The notes under the pieces were generated by a model. The model searched no databases, was not told the DNA's origin, and saw only the letters and a program-made list of their open reading frames with translations. 64,000 nucleotides of DNA from Tubulanus polymorphus. Lineage: Eukaryota; Animalia; Nemertea. Both the position numbers and the translations under genes were made by a program. Location: positions 6,298,914 to 6,362,913 of the forward strand of contig NC_134034.1 of assembly GCF_964204645.1 (NCBI RefSeq), read 5' to 3'. Below, one piece after another: positions 38,847 to 51,280 of the stretch (positions are counted from its first letter, which is position 1; each line of letters begins with the position of its first letter).

Positions 38847-41800
38847 ATGGCATCGAGAAAAATTTAACCCCGTCGTCGTCGTAAGGTCCGTTGACCTTCT
38901 AGTGTTTGCTGCCTGGAATGTAAAGATCATTCGATATATTGTCCCTTCTGTGAAATGTGGAGCCATTCAAGCTGCGAGAAAATATCAGCAAATATATTGG
39001 AAAGTCTTGGTGAACTGCCTGGAAATTATAGCTGCAACTCGTGCCGCCACGAAGAAGACGGTTCATTATCTTATGGCCACGCACTAAAACGATTGGAAGA
39101 GTCTGCGATGAAAGGAATAAAAGGTCTAAAGGATGAAGCAAAAATGCTTACGTTACTTTTCCCTGACCAAGAGTCGAAAATGCAATTATCCGTAGTTAAA
39201 GAGTCAGAACTTCAAGTCGATGGGTACAGCAAACACCTGCTAGATAATGATCGGACCATCGAATAAGATTCCAATTCGAGTTCGAGGAAATGGAAATTGT
39301 CTATTTAATTCAGTTTCCGTCGCACTTTCAGGAACAGAAGAATTGGCGACGGAACTGAGAGTACGAACTTGTATGGAAATGGTATTGAATTCAACATTCT
39401 ATAAGAACCATGGTAATTATGCTGACTTCCTAAAGTGTTCTCCTGAATTCGACACAGCATGTCTTGAAGCTGCCAAGAACCACTCATATTCTTCGATATT
39501 TACAGTTCAGGCATTGGCAACCGTTTTACAACGGCCAATAATGTCCGTGTACCCAGCAGTCAACGGAATTTTTGATCATTGCGCTAGAATACTTAATTGC
39601 AATTTTAATCCAAGAGACAAAGGTATCGCCAAGAAAAGAAAACGACAAAATCAACAAGAAATCTATTTAATGTGGACTAAGTCGACTACAGATGAAAGGC
39701 CAAGAACAGATGGAACTTGGTTACCAAACCATTTCGTTCCACTATTGGAAAAAGAAAAGGCGATGAAGGAACGAAAGGTAGGGCCACCACCCGAGCAGAA
39801 ACGAGTTGAACAACGTAAGAAAAGGAATGTCCATTTTACTCCAACCAAAAGAGAAATGAAATCGACGAAATGGCCGAAAAGCGGGCCGAAATATCAGTCC
39901 AGTCCGACGACACACATAAACACCAGAAATCAGCAACCAGTTTGAAAAGAAAACCGTTCCAGTCGAAGAGTTCAACCGAAGTGAATTTTTGACATCATCT
40001 CCGATTCTTGATGAATCATGGGATTTATCACCGAAATCAAGTCTTGAGGAAAAGGATGAATTTCAGGAAACCGATGGACTGAATGCAAGTCGAAAAGTAA
40101 GAGAAATCAGTATGTGTGTGGATGTCGAGGGAACGAATGAATTTTCAGTAATGTCAGAAGAAGTTATAGAAGATACGTCGATCAATTACCAACGTCTTCA
40201 GAACGGTCGTTTCCTTGATAGCATGGATATACTTGGTATTTGTGAAAACACAAAAAAAACACACCAAAATTAACTCAAATCCCATGTGGCGTTAAAGAAA
40301 ATTTGTTTTACGTGCTCGACAATAGCCAGAATGTCGATAGGAGAAAGAAACAATATAAAAGTAATTTTACAGATGATTGCGGCGCTTGGGTATCGAGCTC
40401 GTCATCCACAAAGAAAGTGCTCCTTTATCCCGAAGGTGATCGCTACAAAGTGACAGAACTAAACAAGAGCCCCAAGGGGCACAATGGCCAGCCTGTCAGA
40501 TTTGCTTTTTATAAATGATGTAATCTGTGGGTTATATTTATCAATATACACTCCCTGCTCAATATCATTTACATAGTAAAATCGTGTGTTAACACAGACA
40601 GCAGGAACGAATGTAATATAGAAATACTAAGTTATTGTATTGTTCAACGCCCCCTGGTGGCCATAAAAAAAACCAATGAGCTTGAAACTCACCTCGATCA
40701 TAGAACATGTCATGAGCTACAACTTTCCAATTGATTATAGTAGCAAAATATGCTTAAGTATCAATTATGATGTGGAAAAACTTTTTTTCCACCTACGAAT
40801 GAGTACTGATGACCCCAAGATGGCTGCCAAGTGCGTCATAATTGCCTGGTCAAAAATACCCTCTCGGATATAAAAGATCCCTTTCCAAAGAATACCCATT
40901 ACAAATTGCAATGAAACATGGCGCACCATTAGAAAGCTACAGTACTCAGAATTCAGGCCAAAATTGACATTTTTGGGAACAAAAAAGGTCACAGTACGGC
41001 CATCTTGAGTCCGATCGACTCAATTTTTCTCATGCCGATGGGCCCTCGGGGGATACAAATATATACGAATGATCAAGGTTATTGATAAAAGTGTCTTCAA
41101 AATTTCCCTCGAAAATTTCAAAAATGTGTAAAAAGTGCTGATTTTGGCGAACAACAATGGCTGCCAGTCGGCCATCTTGAATCTGACAGGGCCAGTTTTT
41201 GGCCTGAAGATGTGTCTAGGGTAGATACACGTATAAAACAAATATCAAGACATTACGTTGAAGCGTCTTCAAAACTTTGGAACTCTCACGAACTATCTAG
41301 ATGGTTATCTCTCGACCTCAATAGCTTCAAGACCCATCTCAAACAACTTTGTTCCATGCAGCATACCATTAACTCTCGGAAAGCGAATTGTATTTAACAT
41401 TTTTTGGCAGAATAAAATTTGATTGAATTTGCAATTCGGGCACATGGCTAATTAGCATATCAAGGTCATACACCCGATTTGGTAAAACCTTTTTTTCGCG
41501 AACCTTGCGCAATTGTCAAGGATGAATTTTCTGTAGAGCAAATAAAAATTCCTCCCAAACACCAAATCAACTAAAGATTTCATAGAAATCGATCTTGAAA
41601 TACAATTTTAAATCTGAAAATAAAACCCGGAAGTAAAACAGTAGACGATACCGCGGATTCACGTGAACACCTGATTTCTGTAAACGAAATGTTGGTTGTG
41701 ACAAAATTGTTCAGACGATTTTAGGTGGTAATAAGTACAAAAACGTAACGACCATGGTCGACTTATTCGATGAAATCAGGCCTATGTGATATCCAAATTT

Positions 41801-44294
41801 TGACTTTTTTATTCTCCAGACCTCCCTGATATAGAAATAAAAAATGTTGGTGGTACGAAAGTGCAATCACAGCGCCGACGGGGACAGAGCCGTGTCAGAG
41901 ATCGGCGGAGTGAAAATTGAGGTGGACGAACACGAAGAAGTAGGCAATTGCGCTACTTGAATCACGAAAACTCCTGGCGCGGCCCCGACGCTTTTCGTTG
42001 ATTAAGTAATACAAATATCATGCAATGGGTTTTCACAATCTACCGCTGGTATTTACCGGATTTCAATATCACTCCAAAATTCAAAGAAACCTCGAATCAT
42101 CGAACCGGAACACTTCCGGTAGATATCCGCGGCTGCCCAACCGGGAAACTTATTTGTTTCAATAGATATTGATAGGATCCATCATCTTCACCCGTCAAGG
42201 GATTCGAACCCACTAAGCTAAAGCCATGCCAGAATCGGGTCGGGCAAATCACAGCGCTTGTAACAAACCACATTAGGCTTCTGTGGAATTTCCCAGTAAA
42301 TGGGCCAATCAGCGAACACGTAGCGAACGCGGAAGTATTGTCGCGTGTGATACATGACGTCATGCGCAAAAGCGCCAGTAATGAAATCGCGATAATTCAC
42401 GTGAACAGCTGCTGATATTTTCAGATAAACCAATCACAGGGAAGACACAACTTCCTGATTGGCTGATAAAAATTGAAATTTTCCCGATTTAACTTTCGTG
42501 AAAAATGCAGAAAACATTTTTATGAGACCCTATTTCAAAATTCTGCTCGCTACGATTCCGAGAATGGATTACGCTTAAATACGTGATTTGTTCGAATATG
42601 CCCTCACTTGGCAAGCAAAAGAGCCTTTTGTGTGGAAACCATGTCATTTAAATTCGCTCCATTTGTATAGTAATAGGCTCAGCCTACGGCTGGCCTAAAA
42701 ACAGTCTATATTTTACTAAAATCAAGGGTGAATGGTTACCATTGGAGCCGCAGTCAAATCGCGATGATATCGTTGATCTTCGTCGTTTCTACGCAACATT
42801 AAAACGAAAAAACGACTATAAGAAGCGCATTTCTTGGATCGAAAACGGACCAGCTAAATTCAACCAGACAATTTCTGTTGTTGAATACATCGGTGGATTC
42901 CCTACCACTAGAAGCGCTCATGGCCACGCAAAGCATTCAACAAATGAATACATCCGCACGGCACCAGATAGAATCGAAACGATATGTAGAGAGGTTGAGA
43001 ATAATAACCCAAGCACAGTATATCGGCAAATGGCTCAGGCGGATGACTCGATCGATGCTCCACGTAATTTGAAGCAAGTCCAAAATGCGAAATATAAAGT
43101 CGACCGCGAGAAACGAGATGCCCAGACCGCAACAAAATCGAACAGAAAAAATACAGCGGACGATATGCAAACAGTCATGAATATGATGGGAGAAAACAAA
43201 TTCATAAAGGAGATCGTACAACTAGACGGCAAACCACCGAATGTCATCCTGTACACCGATGAACAATTGCACGATGTTCGCAAGTTTTGTATTGAGGCCG
43301 AGCATCCTGAAGTTTTAGGTGTTGACCGAACTTTCAATCTCGGTCCGTGTTATCTAACACTTACAGTGCATAAAAATATCAACTTGTTACGCTGTAAAAC
43401 TAATGAACCTCCAATTATGCTGGGCCCTATGTACCTACACTGGGATGGATTATGTATTACTTACCAACGTTTTTTCCCATCTTAGAGCGGCACTTGAAGG
43501 CGATATAACTACTCAGGTCGGATTTTCTGAGCTTTTAGTCGGTTCCGACGAAGAAACGGCGCTACTGAAAGCCATCAAACAAAGTTTTCCGAACGCCCAA
43601 CAGGTATTATGTCATCGACATTTGGAAGAAAACGTCCGGAGACACCTTCAACACAAGGTCGGGGCGAATGATAAAATAAAACACAATGTGATTAAATCTA
43701 TATTTGGAAAAAACGGTATTTTAGATAGCGAAAGTGAATTTGATTTCGAGAACATGGTAATGAATATAAGATAGAAGATCACGCGTGTAGTTCCAAATTT
43801 TCTATCTTATTTTGAGAAACTCGTTCCAAAACTTAAAAAGTATGTATTTGAACCAAAATTAAGAAACCATTGGATTCCTACGAATTGGACAAATAACAAA
43901 TTGCGAGTCATTGAATCACGTTATTAAGAGGGCGATAAACTGGAAAATTCAGAAAGTGCCCGACTTAATTACAAATGTGCACGAGATCGTACGACTTCAG
44001 TATATTGACATGAGGCGAGCTTTACACGGCCAAGGAAATTACCAACTCGCCCCGAAATTGAGAAATTTTGCAGTCAGCCATGCAGTATGGGCAACAAAAA
44101 CTAAAGATGAAAAAACAAAACATTTTGAAAAATTCATGAAATATAAAACACCACGCAAAGTTAACAACGTAATCACCTCAACAGATGGTACTCTATGCAT
44201 CCCAAAAACGGCTACAACTGCGAAGAAGCCCGGGCAGAGAAAGCGAACCAAAAGTGAACGAACGACACCTGCTCGAAGAAAATTAGATATGTAA
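38847..44294 (+). pseudogene. MULE transposase fused to an N-terminal PHD finger and a vertnin/OTU-like cysteine-protease domain
   Basis: PHD C..C/CPFC..WSH..C/CNSC; OTU-like GNGNCLFNSVS...NHFVPLL; DDCGAW; DDE core VLGVDRTFNLG, GSDEETAL, CHRHLEEN, WTNN.CES.NH. Frameshifted and split by an insertion at 40464-42696. Confidence 0.85.
40464..42696 (-). mobile_element. HINE/DINE-1-like element (family C) inserted into the MULE ORF
   Basis: On the minus strand, 5' TTTTAGGCCAGCCGTAGGCTGAGCCTATT and 3' CAGGCTGGCCATTGTGCCCCTTGGGGCTCTTGTT (subTIR GGCCAGCC plus stem-loop). Inserted in a T-run. 40620-41277 is homologous to the family A interior. Confidence 0.8.
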
Positions 44295-45149
44295 AGTTTG
44301 TTAATATAGATTGTATTAAATAAGATTTCTTAATCAACATTCATTTTGATTTGTTTTTCAGTTATTCGGAAAGGGTTTGTCACATTTGATAGTAACATTC
44401 TAATCTTGGATTTGGCATTTGAAATGGGTTTATCCATTTAGCGACAAATGTGACAAGCCCCGGTACACTCAATTGCATTCTACTGATATGCTGTATCCTT
44501 ACTCAAAATCAAAACTACTCTATTGTCCTAGCTCTTTAGTCATATATTTCAACTTGTGTGCTGGTAAGTGGACTCAATTATTCATTTCTCAGTTTGATAT
44601 ATACTTGATATATTACCATGTTTTTTCTTTGTTTTAGAGTTAATCCTAAAGAAGTACCATGAATTTCTTTCCTCAATTTCAGCGATGTTTCGGCGGTATG
44701 AAAATAAGTCAAACTTCGTAACTTTGCGCATCGGGCAGCATGGATGTTTTTCGGCGTCGAGTGTGGTAGGTGGACTCCGTTCAAGGTTAATTTATTGCTG
44801 TGTTTATTATTTGACAACCCTTAAATAACTCGGTTTCATTTTTATGTCATTTCAGCAGGTTTAGGTCCGTTTGAGAGCCGTCTAGGAACACCCATGCAGA
44901 ACGATCGACTGACGCTAGAAGACTAAAATCAAATGTGCTTAATGTATAAAGTCTAATTGTGTATTTTGTAGATTGTATTTTGATCGGCTGTCAATAAATT
45001 TCAAAATTCGATTCGAGTTTTAATTCTTGATATTTATTCGGCTTTGGGAATGAAAATCTTCGGTTGGGAGGATTTTGGTCGGTATTGGACGGCTTTTGGT
45101 CGGTATCAGGTGGTTTTGGTCGGTATTGGACGGTTTGGTAAGATTCTCC

Positions 45150-45587
45150 ACATTCTCTCTATATCTCTGTCACTGTCAGTTGTTGAGGTGTCGAGGTGTA
45201 GAGCTGTAGAGTTGTCTGTACCAAAACCACATTCCCTCTATATATCTGTCAGTTGTTGAGGTGTCGAGGTGTAGAGCTGTCTACCAAAACCACATTCTCT
45301 CTATATCTCTGTCACTGTCAGTTGTTGAGGTGTCGAGGTGTAGAGCTGTAGAGTTGTCTGTCTGTACCAAAGCCACATTCTCTCTATATCTTTGTCAGTT
45401 GTTGAGGTGTAGAACTGTAGAGTTGTCAGTCATAAAAGCCACGTTCTCTCTTTACGATCATGTAGGCTATGTCGCACCGCCATCTATCCACCAGTCCTTT
45501 TTGGATTGCTAAGTATCGCCAGGTACCATCTATAGACAATTTACTGGAGCTTCCACCCGCTATAGTCCCCTATTCTTAAATCGCACC
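45150..45587 (+). mobile_element. Right-end remnant of the same non-autonomous TIR element as 45591-47169
   Basis: Near-identical to ~46750-47169, ending TAGTCCCCTATTCTTAAATCGCACC. Confidence 0.7.
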
Positions 45588-45590
45588 GTT

Positions 45591-47169
45591 GGTAAGATTC
45601 AAGAATAGGGGACTAGGTTGTGAACACAGTTTATATCAACCCGCCATCTAAATAATTACCTCCACTGTAATTTACATTAATTACTACAACAGCCGACGAT
45701 TTTTTTTCAAAGTAATAGACTACTTAGAAACCACAACAACCCAAACTAATCCGTCAATATAATCACAAATAAAAGAACACGGCCCGCCATGATGTCACAC
45801 TAATTACCACCAAAAACCGTCCGACTACTATCATCTGAAGCGGGGTGTCCAGCGGGCGCAACGGAAAGGCCGCAAATGATACAATTTCATCCAGTAATTT
45901 AACACCCGTTCTTTGGATAAATGGAAAACAGCATTACGGTGACAAAAACAGACACCACACAAAAATGAAGAGACAACAAATAAGGGGGCACCTCCATATT
46001 CACAATTCACATCCCAAAAAGAACAAGGACTTGGTGTAGATATTCCCCCCCCCCCCCCCAATTTTCATGAAACAACCACAAACAACTCATCAATTACTAA
46101 TTCATAACAACTAATTTTATTTACGTACGGTACATGAAACAAAATTAATACAATCCTCAAATTTAATGCATCAGATTAAATAAGCAATCAAACCTACGAT
46201 CTTAACACACAGTCCCAGTACCGTACACTCACTCTAACTCACAGTACATGCTTACGCTTACACTCACACTAAATTATTAGACACTCTCATTCTCACTCTT
46301 ACTCAAACTACACACTCACTTTCACCTACGAGCAATTATCTAGTTTAGATAATTGCTCGTAGCTCTCTCACAGTACCGTACACGCTTACAGTCACTGACA
46401 CTCACATTACACTCTCACTCAAACACTTTCACTCACTGACACTCACAGTACACACTCACTCACCGTACACGCTCACAGTCACTCACTCACAGTCTCACTC
46501 TCACTCAAACACTGTCACTCACTGACACTCACAGTACACACCCACTCTCACTCTCGAGGTGTAGTCGTAGAGCGGCAGAGTTGTCTGTACATGTACCACG
46601 TTCTATTTTTTTCAGTTGTTCAGGTGTCGAGGTGTAGAGGTGTAGAGTTTTCTGTACCAAAACCACATTCTCTCTATATCTCTGTCAGTTGTTGAGGTGT
46701 AGAGGTGTAGAGGTGTAGAGTTGTCTGTACCAAAACCACATTCTCTCTATATCTCTGTCAGTTGTTGAGGTGTCGAGGTGTAGAGCTGTAGAGTTGTCTG
46801 TACCAAAACCACATTCCCTCTATATATCTGTCAGTTGTTGAGGTGTCGAGGTGTAGAGCTGTCTACCAAAACCACATTCTCTCTATATCTCTGTCACTGT
46901 CAGTTGTTGAGGTGTCGAGGTGTAGAGCTGTAGAGTTGTCTGTCTGTACCAAAGCCACATTCTCTCTATATCTTTGTCAGTTGTTGAGGTGTAGAACTGT
47001 AGAGTTGTCAGTCATAAAAGCCACGTTCTCTCATTACGATCATGTAGGCTATGTCGCACCGCCATCTATCCACCAGTCCTTTTTGGATTGCTAAGTATCG
47101 CCAGGTACCATCTATAGACAATTTACTGGAGCTTCCACCCGCTATAGTCCCCTATTCTTAAATCGCACC
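45591..47169. mobile_element. Non-autonomous TIR DNA transposon with internal ~70-bp and (CACT)-rich repeats
   Basis: TIRs GGTAAGATTCAAGAATAGGGGACTA / TAGTCCCCTATTCTTAAATCGCACC. No TSD evident. Confidence 0.7.
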
Positions 47170-48189
47170 CCATAGACCAACCCGACCTACCTAGAGGATG
47201 CGGACTTCAAGGGAATCCACTATTTACCGTCGTTCGGCTATGGAGACTGACTGTCAGTCACCCGGTGGCATATCGTCACTGTTAACCACAGGGTGGGCAC
47301 CGTACAGCGCCAGCGGTTAAATCACCATACTTTCCTTTCATTACCCATAATAACTGGTTACCGAGCTGACATGATATTTTGAATTTATTCGCAGTTCATA
47401 TTTAGCGCCACTCTCGGGAGATTATCAACAACCCGGAAATAAAATCCAAGCCTATTGCCAAGGGTTGTCATTAGTGGGTCTGACTATTTCAGATGGCTGG
47501 GAGTCACCTTCATTTCGGTCAACGAATTATACATTTAGACTTCACCTACGATGTAACGTAGCCCAATACACTGGGTTCGAATCCCGTAAATCGTTCCACG
47601 AACTCGGTCCTTCAGCGCAATTCGTTCAAACAAAATTCCCATTTTTTGTCTGAATGAAATTCAAATTAATGACCAATAGAAACTTATTTCCAATCAGGAG
47701 ATCGGCTATCCAAAAGGAAATTCCTTAAAAAGTCCTCCCAAATTACATTCAACTTGAATGATACAAACTAAAACCATAAACATATATGTACCATACAAAC
47801 TTTTTTATTTCACAAATTTTTAAATTTGAATAAACATTGTTCTGATATAAATCAACTTACACAATTTTGAAATGTGAATATACATGTACATAGTTCTGAT
47901 TGACTTAAAAAAATTGGATTACAACACGGCCTTACAGCATTTTAATTGTGCATACGGTGCAGATGATGTTAGGTGACATTGAGTACAATATGGTGAATAT
48001 TACAAGTCATTGATATACAAATATGGTGATTGTCAAACGTTTCTCTACAACGATCGGGTTACTAAGATATAAGAAATTATTATGTGTAAAAAGTTAAAAA
48101 GCAAACCAAAATGGCCAAATTAGCTCACCTGTTGCCGAAGTGTGCAGAAAATAGATGTTATCAAATTACCTACCTCCAATTATTATATA

Positions 48190-48192
<3 letters not shown>

Positions 48193-48279
<87 letters not shown>
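48193..48279. repeat. (TA)n microsatellite
   Basis: Pure AT dinucleotide run. Confidence 0.98.
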
Positions 48280-48281
<2 letters not shown>

Positions 48282-49112
48282 GGTATATATATGCCAATGA
48301 GTCCACACATTTACAATGGACAAAAATTTTCCACAACTTTGAATGTTCCTATATTCAAAAAATTAGCATATTTTTTATGTGAACTAATCGACACCACATT
48401 TGTGCTGTGTAATGATCCCAATAACCTTTATCAAAAATACATCATATACATGTTATATGGAGTATTAGACAAAAACATTAAGTCAAAAAGCAATAAGTGA
48501 AAGAGAAAAAAGCATGTTGCACCCCCACCAAAAATATGTTTTGGTATTAAGTATGCAGTCAGAAAGTCCAGACGGACTTTCAGACTGTATGAACATAAAA
48601 TACTTACTACATTAAAAGCAGTTCAGTGATAGAAGAGTTTCGAAAGTAAATACTACAGTAGACTCCGCCTATGTCGGATCCATATCAGTCGCGGATTCAT
48701 TTAGCTCGGATTGAATTTCTGGTCTCTTTGCTTCATATTTCATTCAAAATAGCCTTGCTTATGTCGGAATATGTGATTTCGCTGAAATGAATTGAAGTGG
48801 TTTGCCCCAATAATATCTGTAATTCCGGTGACGCGCGCCTGCATGTATTAGCCTATAGGCATACGATCATATCGAAAAACAGTACATACAGGAGGGCTTA
48901 TTCGTACTCGTGTATATATGCTGTTTGCGAGGCCATATGTCAACACGACAAGTGTTTTCTTAACACAACACTCATCAGCGTATAAGTTATTATACTGTAC
49001 TGTACTATAGGTCTAGATAGATAGAACAGAAAACAAGACTACTGTCTGTCACACATGCTCTTCGTGCGACGTTTTGGTTCGTAATTTCGTTAATAATCGG
49101 TTGATCTGTAAA

Positions 49113-49470
49113 TATTATGCATCAATTTGTTCAGTAAAGAATTTGCATTCAGAAATAAATCATGAACTGGCATAAATTTGTTTGTGTTTTCTTCTATCAG
49201 CGTTAGTTTACCTAGCATACGCTCGCGTAATGCTGAAAAACGGCTTTTATGGCCCATCATGTGGCGCCACCTACTGTATTTTGATATGCTAATGAGCAGG
49301 TGATGACGTCACTGTAACGTTTCCGAGCGTCCGCGGAGCGGATTTTTCAGCATTACGCGAGCGTATGCTGAGTAAACTATCGCTCATAAATGAAAACAAA
49401 AACAACTTAAGTGAAAATTGTTGTTTATTTCTGAATGCAAATTCCTCACTGAACAAATTGATGCATAATA
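49113..49470. mobile_element. Palindromic MITE
   Basis: TATTATGCATCAATTTGTTCAGT..AATTTGCATTCAGAAATAAA and AGCATACGCTCGCGTAATGCTGAAAAA each recur as reverse complements. Confidence 0.75.
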
Positions 49471-50177
49471 AAGGTAGATATATTCACTATATTCACCACT
49501 ATATTCAGATAACTTGTCCTTCCACCAGACGCACCACGTAGTTCTTGACTTAAATTCGTGTTCATTGATGAGTGCTGACACTTCCATAAAATCATGACAA
49601 TCATGACAAGAATAAGACGGATCGGAAGATGAAGTTGAATCGTCCGCCATTTTAGGTACGTAGGTGAAGTCTAAAGGTATAATTCGTTGACCGAAATGAA
49701 GGTGACTCCCAGCCATCTGAAATAGTCAGACCCGTCATTAGTTCCAAGGCGAGTTTGTCGATGACGTCATATATAAATAATAACATAACCACGTGCGTAC
49801 TCTCCGTACCAGTGTCGGTGAAAAAGAGTACAATCGGAGAACAACTGTACTAATCCCTTAATAGACTGAGCGGGCCCAGGAAAAACCCTGTTAGTGCTAA
49901 CCGTGGTTAGTAAAATGTGGTTAGGCATAAATGGGCGCAGGAAAACGCTGTTTGTTAGCCAACCATTGTCTTCGTGTGGCCTCGTTAGCCTAGCCACTAT
50001 CTAGACTGGTCACCGGTCTCTATCTTCCATATTGAATGGGACAGGCAACCAGTCTTGCCACTACCGGTATCTTCATAGAACTATGACGGAACTATTCCGT
50101 TATAGTTCTATGTGTTATTATTTATATATGACGTCATCGACAAACTCGTCTTGGAACTAATGACGACCATTGCCAAG

Positions 50178-50345
50178 GCCCTGTACCGCAAAGGAATCAC
50201 CGGCATCTCGACCCACTGCCAACTCGTCCCATTACTGAGTCGGACCACTGACTCGGCCCACTGGCAAACTCGGCCCACTAATCGTACAGTATTCCCAGCG
50301 TGGGATTCGATCCCGGAACCTACGGACTACGAGGCGGACTAGTAC
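50178..50345 (-). mobile_element. Probable tRNA-derived SINE head (the element hit by the outer MITE; body at ~47170-47462)
   Basis: Minus-strand B-box-like GGTTCCGGGATCGAATCCC at ~50302-50321. The empty site CCTATTGCCAAGG resembles a conserved SINE central-domain motif. Confidence 0.4.
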
Positions 50346-50379
50346 GTAAGCGGAGTAATAAAATCATAATGGAAGATAA

Positions 50380-50680
50380 CATATTAGTTTTCAAATTGAA
50401 TAATTTGCCGACCTTTCAATGCTTTGTGAACTTAATTTTTTTTAACCAAAATGAGTTTTATTCAATTTTATTCAATATAAAACTTAATTATCAATATTAA
50501 GTTTTCAAATTGAATATATCGTAATTTGAGACCTTTTAATGCTTTGTGAACTGAACTTTTTAACCAAAATGAGTTTTATTCAATTTTATTCAATATAAAA
50601 CTTAATTATCAATATTAGTTTTCAAATTGAATATATCGTAATTTGAGACCTTTTAATGTTTTGTGAACTTGATTTTTTTT
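50380..50680 (+). repeat. ~116-bp AT-rich tandem repeat (~2.6 copies)
   Basis: GTTTTCAAATTGAA at ~50386, 50501 and 50618. Confidence 0.85.
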
Positions 50681-50940
50681 AAACAACATTAACAAAGTAA
50701 ACAAAACCACACAAAGCGTCATGATGTCATTATGGTGGTAACATGAATACAAAATTATGAATTTCTATGCAATAAAGAAAACAATTTTGGTTTGAAATTA
50801 CAATACTAACTAATACTAATATTAACCTGGTTTTTGCTTTGCTCTGGTTTCTGTAAACTTTATTGAAGTGTAGGATTAGGTATGTGTGAAGTTTATTTAA
50901 CTCGGCCACATGGCTGGGTCTACTTACATGTTGAGGAGCA

Positions 50941-51280
50941 AGTAATTAGAAGATGGTGTTTTCAGATCAGAGGTCGAGAGGTCGAGACACCACTCATCAC
51001 AGCTAGGCTCTAGTGAGAACGGACGATTGCTCTGTGACACACATATACAGTGAGTGCGCGTAACAGCAGCTGCGCGTGGATAGATCGATACAGTGAGTCT
51101 CTACTGAGAACGGTTATTAACGCGTGTGCTATTACTGTAGTACAGTGATTGCGTGTCAACTGTACCCAGATAAATAGATGCTGTGAGGCTTGGGTGAGAA
51201 CGGTTAATAGCGTGCTTGTTATATACAAGGGGAAGTAATCCCCACTCATCACCACAAGTAAATTTTTTTCCTTATAAATG
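50941..51280 (+). repeat. Polinton left terminal inverted repeat (~340 bp)
   Basis: Aligns to the reverse complement of 25421-25508. Internal direct repeats CCACTCATCAC (50990, 51242) and TGAGAACGG x3. Confidence 0.8.

Larger units (their letters stand above)
38031..45149 (+). mobile_element. Mutator-like (MULE) DNA transposon, ~7.1 kb including a 2.2-kb insertion
   Basis: Inverted subterminal repeat arrays (ACCGACCAAAA/CCGTCCAATA at 38041-38230 vs TTTTGGTCGGT/TATTGGACGG at 45070-45135). Encloses a transposase ORF. No TSD found. Confidence 0.8.
47476..49733. mobile_element. MULE-type non-autonomous element (inner), 9-bp TSD GTCATTAGT
   Basis: TSD at 47467-47475 and 49734-49742. ~75-bp TIR GGGTCTGACTATTTCAGATGGCTGGGAGTCACCTTCATTTCGGTCAACGAATTATAC. 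Confidence 0.9.
47463..50168. mobile_element. MULE-type MITE (outer), 9-bp TSD ATTGCCAAG
   Basis: TSD at 47454-47462 and 50169-50177. TIR GGT.GTCATTAGTTCCAAG.CGAGTTTGTCGATGACGTCATATATAAATAATAAC; the left copy is split by the inner element. Confidence 0.85.

Noticed and set aside
48111-48500. 129-aa ORF with a YI repeat
   Set aside because: Translation of a (TA)n microsatellite.
48654-48780. Tc1/pogo MITE starting TA-CAGTAGACTCCG
   Set aside because: No matching right TIR found, so no element could be delimited.
49500-49650. N-terminal transposase remnant inside the inner MULE (minus strand)
   Set aside because: The position next to the TIR is plausible, but it is too short and lacks diagnostic motifs.
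50290-50345. tRNA gene
   Set aside because: Only a B-box-like arm is visible and no full cloverleaf; more likely a SINE head.
25508-50941. One Polinton bounded by the TIRs at 25508 and 50941
   Set aside because: The TIRs face outward, each attached to its own gene block, and the integrase-ATPase module is present twice in diverged form. These are separate copies.
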